From: Paraspadella gotoi
Lineage: Eukaryota; Animalia; Chaetognatha
Reading direction: 5' to 3'
Assembly: GCA_051294375.1 (NCBI GenBank)
Contig: CM119267.1
Span: forward strand, 7,137,205-7,201,204
Length of the DNA stretch: 64,000 bases
The first letter of the stretch is position 1. Every line of letters begins with the position of its first letter. Of the stretch, positions 22,902-34,725 are shown piece after piece. The position numbers and the translations under genes were made by a program. A model generated the notes under the pieces. It was not told where the DNA came from and searched no databases. It worked only from the letters and a program-made list of their open reading frames with translations.

Positions 22902-25900
22902 GTTCTTGGAGACGGTGGGAGGGCGTGAGAGGAAGGTCGTTGTTGTTGTTGTTTGTTTGTTTTTTAATGTGAATTTAAATAAAGTTTAAACGTTTGTTCT
23001 TTATTTAAAGCGCAGCAGTTCTTCTTCTTCTTCTGCTTTTTTTCCATTTTTTTTTCTTCCGCGAAATTTTTTTCTTCTTCTTTAAAAAAAAAGGATTTTC
23101 GGCGTCGAGTGAAATTCAAAAAAAAAAAACATCTGCCGTTGAAAATGGTTGGGTTGGTGAGCGATGGAACTCTGCGGAATATTCATAATATGGCCCAAAA
23201 AAATAGGGAAAGAGTGCAAAATGTGCATTGTGCAAACTACGGAGCCGAGCATCTAGAGGTTTTAATGTTGTTTGAAAATTCAATTCGTTTTTACTAATAA
23301 GTATCAGGCGTTGCGTTTAAAACACAGTTAAAGATGAAATCGTTTTTTCATAAGTTTTTTTTTCCGATTCGAATCTCAATGACGGATAATTCCAGGACCT
23401 TTGGGGGTTCCGTTTAAAAAATTCAGTAAAAGATCATGTGATGTAAGCAAACCCGTTTCCACCGCCGTCTGCGATTACATCTGCAATCCTTACCATTCGC
23501 CATCGGTCATTCCGTCTGCAAATATATATTATATATGCAATGCCTTTCGCTTCGCCATCTGAGATTCCGTCTTTGCTTCTACAAAATGAGTCCAAGACGA
23601 ACGTGACTTTGACTCTCACAAATTTATGCGAAATAAGATTCATTCTTCTTCTTTTTTATATGGAAAAGAGGCGGGGAAATGGACGCCGACGACGACGACG
23701 ACGACAACAACAACAAGGAAGATTATATAATAATGTCAATGACGACGACGACGAAAACGACGTTAAACAAGACGAAAAATCCGTTTTCCACCGACACCCC
23801 AGGTCTTAAAAAAGTCGGAAGTGGTGAGACTCCGCCAAGTGGAGCACACCCTGTCCGAGAAGCGCATCCTGCTGAGCGTGGAATTCCCCTTCATCGTCCG
23901 TCTGCTCCACCACTTCGTCGACAACGTCAATCTCTACATGGCGTTGGAGTTCGTCCCTGGCGGAGAGCTCTTCACGCATCTGAGGAAGAGCGGACGATTC
24001 GGCGAAGCCAAGTCGAGGTTCTACGCGGCGCAGGTTGTGTGAGGGGAAGGGCTCGACGTTTGGCTTTTCTTTCTTTTGTTATTTCTTTTTCTTTATTTTT
24101 TTGTTTTATTTTTTTCTCTCTTTTCTTTCTTTGTGTTATTTTTACTTTCCTCTCTCTTTCTTTCTTTCGGTCTTTTTTCTTTCTTTTTATCTTTCTTTCG
24201 TTCTATAATTTTTTTTGTCTTTTATTTACTCTTTTTTACTTAACTTTTTTAATCCCTTCTTTGCTTCTTTGCTTCTTGATCACTTTCTTTTTCTTCTTCT
24301 CTTTCTTCGTAATATTTTCAACTGTTGATTTTTTTTCTCAATCAGGTTGTCATGACGATAGCGTATCTCCATCACCTTCACATCGCCTACAGAGACATCA
24401 AACCGGAAAACCTTCTGATCGACGCACAAGGGTGAGGAAAGAAAAAAAATGACTGGAAAAGTAAAAAAAACAAAAAAAATTAATGTAAACAAAAGAAATC
24501 AAAAGAAAAGTTAAGAAAACAAAGTGTAGAAAATTGTCTATGATTTTCCATGCTTTTGGGTCGCGCGTTTGTGGCATCGCCCGTACAAAATGTACGACAA
24601 GAGTTGATGAAATTGAATATTTTATTATTACATCCAAAAAAACTCATATAAATTTATTTTTATACGGGCAGACGTTTCAAACTTTCAATAATTCGAAAAT
24701 TAGTTTGAATGACAATATCACGGGAAATCAGACTAAAAATTGACTTTAAAACGGGCGGTTTTAATAACTATTAAGTTTGTTGTCAGACGGGGTTGAACAG
24801 GTTAAGTGAGAGACTCAGATAGAGAGTCTATATTTCTACTCAAAGAAAACTAAAAATAAACTGACCCCCACCCCCCCCACTAGAGTTACCCAAATTTTTA
24901 ATTAAACCAGCATGAAGGGTCACGATCTCTTATTAGGTTCTTTCTTTGTCTAGAAGGAACATTGACTGCATAAAACCTGAAAAAAACTTGCACCGGAAAG
25001 GAACTCTCCAGATTTCCAATGATCGATACTTTTGCGGTTTTCTTGATCGTAATCTTATATGTGAAATTAATTAAAGGCATTTTTTTAATCAAAAAATGCA
25101 TTAAATCAATACCTTGATTTTGATTTTGAAATATATTTTTGTTTTGTTAAACTTTATATTTTTATTAAACCTCGTTTAATTCTTTATATAAATTTCTAAT
25201 TAATAATATAAAGTATATAATATAAAAATATTAAAGCATGATCATTAGTTTTCTTGAATAAAATACTTACCTAAAAGTATTCCTAAAATTTTGTGAAGAA
25301 TACAATATTAAAATAATAATATTTAGCAGTACTTACTTAAAATAAAATCAAAATACACAATATTAACTTTTAAAAACTAAAAAAAAAGATTAAAATTTAT
25401 AATTATTCTCCATAACTTTTTTTTAAATTTTTGAGTCTTTATGCTTAAGATTATGCGCCTTTATTACCAGAGAACTGTCAAATTTTAGATTAAAATATCA
25501 GATATTTTCAGAATACCTGCCCTAAGTCTTTGCTTTTAGTAAAATAACAAGAACTGTTTGGAAAATGGCCCAAATACTACTTTTGTGGCTATGAGTTAAA
25601 TTGTTTTTCTCCAGAAATTATAAACTTTTATTGTCTTTAAAAACAAGATTTAAATCTAAAACAGTATTTCATAAAAACATTAAAGTAGAAAATTTTGAAT
25701 TACTTGGTTTTTGCCTTTTATTAGATAGCTAGATTGCATATATTATTGATTTCAAGTAATGTTTTGTGAATATGTATCAACATAATAACAATCCCCAACG
25801 CGCGCCACAAATATTATATTTATTAATTAGTATGGCATAGTTATAGAGTTACAAATGCGCCAAGAATCTCTCTCCNNNNNNNNNNNNNNNNNNNNNNNNN

Positions 25901-28900
25901 TACGCCCCCTTTTCCGGCTCATCGCCCATCGCCATCTACGAGGCCATCGTCGCCGGCGTCTACAAGAATCCGCGTCACTTCAGCNNNNNNNNNNNNNNNN
26001 NNNNNNNNNNNNNNNNNNNNNNNNNNNNNNNNNNNNNNNNNNNNNNNNNNNNNNNNNNNNNNNNNNNNNNNNNNNNNNNNNNNNNNNNNNNNNNNNNNNN
26101 NNNNNNNNNNNNNNNNNNNNNNNNNNNNNNNNNNNNNNNNNNNNNNNNNNNNNNNNNNNNNNNNNNNNNNNNNNNNNNNNNNNNNNNNNNNNNNNNNNNN
26201 NNNNNNNNNNNNNNNNNNNNACTATCCATGTACAAGTATTACGAATAAAAGTATACATTAGTTTGAAAATTTAAATTTAAATAATAATTGAATAATATTT
26301 AAAGAGACAGAGACAGAAAAAAAAAACAAGATGCCATCAGAAGATGTCTCTGAAAACTAAAAAAAGCCCAAGAGATAAGGCTTGCGACGCTGGCGTCCAT
26401 TAAACACGGCGTTCGGTAATTCATTCCGATTTTAATTTCCGCCCGCGGACATTTTCTGGTTTAAAGCGAGTCCGAGTGGGGGGAGAGAGGGAGAAACGAA
26501 ATGTGTTTTCGCGGCAAAAAGATAAGCGAAATATGAAAAGCGGAAAAAATAGGAAGAGAGAGAGTAAAAAAAAAAAAAACCGCAAAAAAAATCATCTCGC
26601 TGACTTTAATACGGAATCACATTATGATTATTGTCGTTGCCGTTTTGAAGCGTTGCTTGCTGTAGCTTCGCCGTTGTCTACGAAGATTCTAAAATTAAAA
26701 GTAAATAAATATATATAAATAAAAAAAATGAAATGTACCTTCTCGTATTTCTTGTTTTCCTTTTGTCTTTGACGTCAATAATTTCCCCTTATTCAAAAAT
26801 TAGATTTCCAGATTTAAACCAAAAATGCTAAATTATAACCAAAAATCTCATCTCACTTTCCCACGAAAGAAAATAAAAAAAAGTGTCCCATCTTCTTGTT
26901 TGCGACGGACTCACTTATTTATCCCCCCCACAGTGATCCAAAAAAGAATTAAAACCGGATAAAAGCCACTTGAACATACGGGCATAAATAGCTATTCAGT
27001 CTTTCCATAGTAATGCTACGAAGTCTTAGGTAAGATTACAATTTCAAAAAATTATTCTTTCTCAAGTTATAAGCAAATCTCTATTTCGCGGTGAGTTCTC
27101 GCTTGAGTAGGTTTTTGTTCACCACACGTGGGTGGAAGAGGAAAAATTATTTGACTTTGTTATGGTTATCAGCACGTTGTCTAGTTTGTTAAACAATAAA
27201 AAAGATTTTCATAATATGTCACTATGTATGATATAAAAAACATAGTAAAACTCATAGAATTTCAGCCGATTTCAATCAACCAGATTTAATTCTAATGATA
27301 CATCTTATCACTCGTCAGTTATTAATTAAATCTAATCCGCATTCGTCCGCCCTTTTGAGAAATCTAAAATGCTTTTCTTGCAAAAAATAATTTAAAAAAA
27401 ATTCGATATTCCTTCAAAAATTACCTTAATGATTCTTTTCTTTGATCGATTTTCTGATTTTAATTTGCTTAGCGCACTTTTAAAAAGATTAAATTATAGA
27501 TTTTATATTTTAGCAAACATACATCTATTACTTATAATATAAATATTAAAAAAATATTAAGTGGAGGTCAAATTTCTTTTTAATGTAAAAATTATAAATC
27601 AAAATTCGTTCAACTACGCATCAATAATTTCTTTAAGACCAAATTTGTTGGTTAATGAATTTTTTCTCCATATTTTTTCAAATCAATCTTAAAACATTTG
27701 AAACTTTTCCAACAACTTCGAGAGGGCTTCTATGATAATCAGCATATGAGAAAAAGTTTGTTTTTGCCTAAAAAGAGAGGTTTAATCCGGAAATTTTAGT
27801 CCATTTGGATCACTGTGCCCCCCCCCGAAAAAAAAACAAATTCGCCGCTTATGACCCGAGAATGACGCGAACGTCGGCGTTGTCATGGAGACGATATCGG
27901 ACGCGCGTGACGACGCATCTCGCTGGAAAAAAAATGGGTGGCCCTAGTTTGAGGGGGGGCGTAGGATATCGATCTATCGAGGTAGGGGTAGCCGCACTCA
28001 ATGGGGTGAGTCAGTGAGTACATGCTCAAAACGAAAATTTATACATTTTTAAGTATACTTTCAATGGACAAAAAATTTCTTATATGGTTCAAAACCCTAG
28101 TAATAATTTTTTTATATTTATTTATAGGTAGGAAAGGCCAAAATTTTTTTATTAATTTTAAGACCAGATTTAGATAGTTTATAAAAGTTGACTACACAAA
28201 GTATAATTCTTTTTTAAATATTTTTATGATAAGTGAGTCAAAAATAATAAAAACAATAATAAATTGTCATCATCATCATCTTTCGATGATTTTATCAGTT
28301 ATTTTATATTTTCACTAACATAAAATTTTTTAAAAGGTGTAATTATATTTGTTGTTTAAATTTTTTCTCTATATAGTAATATAATAATTTTAATTAGACT
28401 AGTACCCTCAGAAAAAAGCATTTTTGACAAAAAATATTTTAATACCATTAGCTATGCTCATGATAGATTATTTTAACACTGTATACATTAACATTTAAAT
28501 TTCATCGGCTATGTCTAATCCAGGAAGGGGGTAAGTTGGTTCAACGTTAAGGAAAGATGGCGCGAATGAGAATGGAAAAGGAATCTGTAAAGCGTCTGTC
28601 GATCTGAATGGAAACGAATATTTAAGGCGGTCATTGAAAATTCGGGATGTTGGCTCGAGGAGTGACTTTAACTAGACTGTGAGAGAGTCTTGATTGACAG
28701 CTCAATGGGTCCTGCTATGTTTTTATCTAGTAAGAGGGATGGAAACCTTAACTGAAGCGTGCCCAAAGTCAGGGTCAAGATAGCAAGATATTTATTAGAT
28801 GAATGGATAATTTTCCTACTGGTTGTACCAATTTCATCACTGTTGAGATGTGAATTGGGGGGGGGTTACCAGGTAGTAAAAATAGGTCTTGGTCGAACGC

Positions 28901-31900
28901 CTTTTGTTTTTTTGGCAAACATGTCTCTCCTTTCATCGACGAAGCGCATGCGCGTGATAGCGATTGGTGAAAAGCGTTTCCGAAGCCGTTTTTTTTTGGG
29001 GGGGGGTCACTAAAGTGAAAAGAAATGACTAAATAATAAATGAAGATCATCAGCTTTAGTCTTTGCAGATGTACATGTTGGGGAGTTGAGAAAGAAAGAG
29101 AAATCCGAATTGGAGATTTTTCCAGGAATAAAATGAAAAGAAAAGCTGAAGGGAAGATGCAAAGGACAGGGTTGAGAACTGCCCACCGAGTTGACAGCTT
29201 CAAAGGTGAGAAGAGTAAAATAGATTCAAAGTTGTCGGAGGGAAACCAACGACTTTGAACCGAAAGAAGAGAAAACAAATAAACAAACAAAAACACAAAA
29301 AAAAACAAAAAAACAATCGTACAAAAGAAAACGGCTGCACAAAGGAAGGAGGAACAAGTCGAACCAGGCTTAGAAAAATGAGAAAAAAAGGGGGACAAAA
29401 AGAAAAGACAAGGAAAATGAAAGTTGAAGTAGAAGGTGGAGAGAAAAATATCCACCGGAATAAATACGTAGAGGGAATGATACTAGAAGAGGAAATAGAG
29501 GAAAAGAAGAGTTGATAGTTTCTTAACCTCATTTGCATATTTTAGAAATTGATTATTGGTTATCAAGTATGTTAAGGAAAGGGCAACGCGAGCTGATAAC
29601 ACGAGATAGGACAGTAAATTTAAATACCAAGAAGCTGGGTGGGTATGATGGATGAAGTTGGTGAAGAGTTGTGACTTGTGAAAAGTATTGAATGTGAAGA
29701 AATCTTTAGGAGAAGTGGTTTGAAGAAAGTAGAGGAAAAGATGAGGAAACTGAGAATAAAAAAGGGTCACGTTTTCTTTTTTTTTTTTCTCTTTTTTTTT
29801 TTTTTTCGAATGCCGTTTATGAAAAACGAAAAGAGGAGGAGGGGAAGAGGAGGAGGGGAAGAGGAGGGGAAGAGGAGGAGGGGGAAGAGGAGGAGAAAGG
29901 AGCTTTGGGGAAAGAAAGAAAAGCGGAGGTGGAAAGCAATCACGTGACAAGGAGAAAAGCTCCGAGAGAAAAAAAAACCGTGAATCCGTGGAATCACAGG
30001 AGAATTGAATCGGAGGGGTTGGGTGGGACTGAGAGGGAGAGAGAGGGGCAGAGAGAAAGATAGAGAGAGAGTGAAAGGTGAGTGACTGCAGGCGCTGTTG
30101 AATGTAGAAAGGGAAGTCGGAAAAGGAAAAATTCTTAGATGAATGTGTGGAAAAAGCGAGCGAGAGTTTCATCAATACACTGATAGAGAGAAATAATTTG
30201 AGAGAGAGAGAGAGAGCGAGAGAGAGAGAGAGAGAGAGAAAGATAGTGAGAGCGAGAGAATCAGGGTATTAATGGGGGGGACCGGGGGTGAAGAAAAAAA
30301 ATAGCGAATCCTTGATGGAAAATCTTTGAAGGCGAATTCACGAGAGTCTAATAACCTTCTCGATGATACTCTTCTTTTTTTTGCATATTGCCCGTTGTTT
30401 AATATTACTATTCGTTTGTTGTACATAAGATAAAATAATTCGCTATTTGTAAGATAATACTCAGAAAAGATTATACCTTCTTCTTTTTTTTTTTTTTGTT
30501 TTTTTTTTTTTTTTTATTTTAAAATGTGATTAGATTTAGGACTAAGAAGTTGATCACTCGCTATGGAGTGGCTCGGAAGTGTGTGGGAGTGGATCTTACC
30601 TTTCCTTTGTGTAGAGGCAACCGCATTTCTACAAAATTTGGCTTCAGAAACAAGTAAGATGGATTCTTAAACTTTATATATAATATTGCTGAGTGTGTAT
30701 TAATGTTTGTTATTCTTGCCAAAGCTCTATCTCATACTCTACACTCCAATCTCATCAACTTTAGATTAGAAGTGCTGGCTTCGACTTTGTCGTCAGATCC
30801 ATCTTGACGTCAAAGACCGGGCGCCATCGTCTCGTTCCGCGCCATCTAAACTCGCATTCCTCGTTTTGATTAGCGCAGGATCAGCTTCAGCCAGTTAGTT
30901 GTCAACGACAGCCACTCACGAACATTGTTTCAATACACAAATCAAACATAACAAATCATACAGACTTCTTAATAAATCTATGAAAAATCTATAAATCAAA
31001 TGATCTATTTATCATTACCAGTAGATGCCGCATAATTTGGTCAATAGGAATAATTTGGACAACTAGCATATTTGGTCAACTGGCATAATTTGGGTAAATT
31101 TGCATAATTTGATGAACTTACCATAATTAATCAACTTGCATTATTTGGTCAACTGGCATATATTGTCTTTGATAACCATTAACAATATTTAACCGGACTC
31201 TGTTAGTTTGTACCTGTTCCGCCTTACTCATTATCGTCGGGACAGATTCCGACATTGTTGCTCAGAACTTGTTAATAAAAAGTTTAACTATTATTTAAAA
31301 TTTGGATAAGAAGAACTCACTCTCTCGATCTTTTTCGAGTGAGAATTCTCAAAGCGAGAGTCGGGTTTGATGAAGATCAGGCGCCCGCAGTTCCGTTTGC
31401 CCTTTAAGGGGAATGGAGGGTTAAAAAATGGGTTGTCTGTTATTATTTTTTTTTAATATCAATAAAATATATTTCCCTTTTAAAACTCTCTCTCCTCTCA
31501 TTTTAATCGTTCGTCTACAGGGGTGGGACTCTATTATCAAGACAATTTAAAAAATCATTACTCTAAGCTATGATTTGTAAAATTTTGAATAAATATTTGT
31601 ATAGTACGCTCTCTTAGCTTTTTAGACGATATATCATTATTTTGAAATTTCTTTGATATTAGGCTTTTTTGATGCAGCAAAAGGCAACTGCTCGTGTTAG
31701 GGCGAATCCTGCATGCCCTAACGGGTAAGGATGAGTGTGGGGGTGACCAAAGGAGTGTCATTAAAGTCAAGGCGTGGCAGACAAGTCTCGCTCCAGAACG
31801 GGCGGCCGTGGCATTGGGACAGTGCACCCTGGAATCTACACTGTAATAGATCGAAGAGAACAAATGATCAAGAACCACGTAACCTATCAGTAACGCCAAC

Positions 31901-32128
31901 CACTTCTCCTATATCATTGATAACTAAATAATAATGATAGGCTGAAAAGGAAGACATTGATGATAATATATCCAATGAATAATAAATGAATAGATACCGT
32001 GGTGAAATGTTTTTTTTGTCAATGAATAAATGAAATAATATGAATAAAGTCGATGATTAATCTTCACGAAAGTTTCTTCCCGACATCGGGTTTCCTACGG
32101 TCCTGGAATAAGACTTTGAAGGACAAAG

Positions 32129-32213
<85 letters not shown>

Positions 32214-32323
32214 CAAACCTTCCATCGGGTGAGGAGAGTGAACCTGACCTCGAGCGAAGGAGGAGGGTGAGTTTGTCTTTGATGAATCGAGCACGAGATC
32301 TAACTCGAGAGAGAGAAGAGACA

Positions 32324-32401
<78 letters not shown>

Positions 32402-33127
32402 AGGACGAGGAGGAGACGGCCTTGGGTAAGTAAAACGCTCGATCCGCCTTTTTTCCCTTCGCCTTCGAATTCGTAAAAATAAATTTTCCCTCGTTTTTTT
32501 ATTTATTTATTTTTTTTTTTTTACGGGAAACATAAACAAAGACGTAAAACGATTCTTCTCCTTTTTAGAATTGAGGGTAGGCGTCACTAGCGGCTGGTGG
32601 CGGCTGGCGGCGGCTGGCGGCGGCTGGCGGCGGCTGGCGGCGGCTGGCGGCTGGCGGCGGCGGGGATGGAATGAAAATTTTCAAATCAATGTAAATCTGT
32701 CGCGATGACCGAGAATGACCACAAACATGAAAAACTCCGCTGATTGGTCCATTGCAAAGCCACGCTTCGGCCCGTCCAATCCCAAGTTTATCCTAATTCT
32801 CTCGTAGATTCTGAATCTAAGAAAGGCGGAATATGTTTCTAAAAATAGAATCGGTCGATTCTTTTTCTCTTTGGAATTTTTAGTTCCGCCGTATGTTTCA
32901 TAGAAGTCTAAAACAATTTTTATGGACAATTGATTTCTACGAACGAGGATCATTTCCCCATTTATGTCTTTTGTAATTCGCTGTTATTAAACTCGATGAC
33001 TTTTTTTTCTAAAATAATTCTCAATCAGAGAATCAATCCCAAATTCCACTTTTTAAACATTATTCATCATCACCCATGATATTCACGTAAACATGAGAAA
33101 GTCTTTAATCATTTCACGTTCTCATTT

Positions 33128-33158
<31 letters not shown>

Positions 33159-34071
33159 GAGAGAAGAGATTGTATTGGCTTCGGCCCAGACAGCAAAAGA
33201 GAGAGAGAGAAGATGAGGGAGAAGCCGTCTTTTTCTACATTTTTTTCTGAAAACCGGAGTCTGGCGAGAAGTTTAGACGGAAAATTTGCCAACTCGGTCA
33301 AGGAGAATTTCGAAATTCTCACAGTAGACCAACATAAAAGCTAAGGTAAGAAATATAAACTATCTACTTCCACACAATTTTTGCTGAAAACACGGAGTCT
33401 GGCACGAGAAGTTTTAGACGGAAAAATTTGCAACTCGGTCAAGGAGAATTTCGAAATTTCTCCACAGTCCAGACCACTATAAAGGAACTAGAATAAACAA
33501 TATAACTATCTACTTCCGCAAATTTTTTCTGGAACCCGGAGTCTGGCGCGAACTTTTGGCCGGGAAAATTTCCAAACCGTGGTCAAGGAGAATTCGAAAC
33601 TCTCACGGACCACCCCCCCTTAACCCCTTAGACCCACCTTCACTTCCGGACACCCACATGGGTTACTATGGCCAACGCTCCGGCCACTAATACCCACTAC
33701 TAACATATTTCACTGGTCAATTCTCTGCCTCTAACAAAAGTAATATCGATTAACTGGTCCTCATATACTGACTACTCTCGTCTCTCTCTCTCTCTCTCTC
33801 TTCTCTCTCATCTCTCTCTCCACACCCCGCAGACGCTACGGCTGCAATGAAACGCGGCGTACAACGACATCAAAGAGCACAAATTCTTCTCCGCGGCGCG
33901 ACCGATTGGCGCCATCTACGAGCGCCGCGTCCGGCGCCCTACGTCCCTCGATGTCAGGGCGCCTGACTGATGCCGCGAAATATACCCGCAAGAGTACGAA
34001 AGAGACGCGCGTGGTGGCGAATCCGGTCATCTCTGGATAAGGTTCCTGGTGCCGCTCTTGTGGATTTTTGA
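22710..34071 (+). CDS. PKA-C: cAMP-dependent protein kinase catalytic subunit-like kinase (PKA-C/PRKX family); multi-exon, incomplete in this assembly
   Basis: Exons 22710-22901, 23803-24033, 24346-24431, a fragment at 25901-25984 and a last exon at about 33833-34071. Motifs [55 protein letters not shown], terminal DF*. The DFG/activation-loop exon(s) are not visible and probably lie in N gaps. Confidence 0.85.
23803..24033 (+). CDS. PKA-C-like exon 2
   Basis: Acceptor cccag|GTC; translates [32 protein letters not shown]...[14 protein letters not shown]...RFYAAQ; donor CAG|gttgtg. Confidence 0.9.
24346..24431 (+). CDS. PKA-C-like exon 3 (catalytic loop)
   Basis: Acceptor atcag|GTT; translates [29 protein letters not shown]; donor GG|gtgagg. 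Confidence 0.9.
25901..25984 (+). CDS. PKA-C-like exon fragment (alphaG region) isolated between two N gaps
   Basis: Translates [28 protein letters not shown], cf. PKA [28 protein letters not shown]. Confidence 0.85.
27985..28830. repeat. Diverged dispersed repeat; segments match 57090-57430 (inverted), 58760-58877 and 59258-59370 (direct)
   Basis: Shared blocks include agtaccctcagaa..gcatttttgacaaaaaa..ttcatcggctatg, actagactgtga.agagtcttgattg and cactcaatggggtgagtca. Differences are mainly substitutions. Confidence 0.55.
31030..31160. repeat. Degenerate ~19-bp tandem repeat (gcataatttggtcaact-like)
   Basis: About 6-7 imperfect units. Confidence 0.7.
32590..32663. repeat. (GGCGGCGGCT)n 10-bp tandem repeat
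   Basis: Read directly. Confidence 0.85.
33232..33610. repeat. ~135-bp tandem repeat, 3 copies; later copies indel-rich
   Basis: Each copy contains cggagtctggc...ggaaaatt...ggtcaaggagaattcgaaa. Confidence 0.8.
33833..34071 (+). CDS. PKA-C-like terminal exon (AGC C-terminal tail) with multiple indels, probably sequencing errors
   Basis: Acceptor ccgcag|; pieces across frames read [37 protein letters not shown], matching the PKA tail RFGNLKNGVNDIKNHKWF..AIYQRKVEAPFIP..DYEEE..EF*. Confidence 0.75.
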
Positions 34072-34188
34072 AAGGGGGAGGGCGCGGGGTTAGGGGGTGG
34101 GGGGGTGGGTTAGGGCGAGGGTGTCGGGGCGAAGAATGGAGACAAGGGTGAGAGAAGAGGGGGNNNNNNNNNNNNNNNNNNNNNNNNN

Positions 34189-34675
34189 GAGAGGTGTGAT
34201 CTTAGGGCAAATATGGGAAATAACTTAGTTAGGAAAATCTTTTGTCTATTCGCAATCGAGAGACTAATTTTTTTTAGTCGGCCGCATTCTTACTATTTGT
34301 GTATTGTATCTTATGGAATATCCGTTTCGTTTGATTGTTCTTTCCTTGTTTGTTTACTTTATAGTTTTTTGTAGTACGCTTTCGTATCTTAATTATTTTT
34401 AAAAAAACGGTGTTGATTCCTTAAGTTGAAAAAGTGGAAATTGTGCTGAACTTTTCCAACAAAATATAACGAAAATAAAAGTCAAGAAAATATTGGAGAG
34501 AATCGACGGAAGAAAAGAGAGAAAAAGTCACTCGATTCGCGAATCGCGTTCACCTTCAAAATCTTTGTTTGTTTTTACAGAAAAAAAAATTTGTTTTTCG
34601 TGTTGACATAAAAAATGATTGAATAAAAATACAATGTTATGAAGTGTTTACCTCGACAACGAATTAAACCGGCGC

Positions 34676-34725
<50 letters not shown>

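Noticed and set aside
33833-34071. PKA-like gene as a frameshifted pseudogene
   Set aside because: The upstream exons are intact. The indels lie in error-rich sequence next to a 25-N gap, so sequencing error is more likely.
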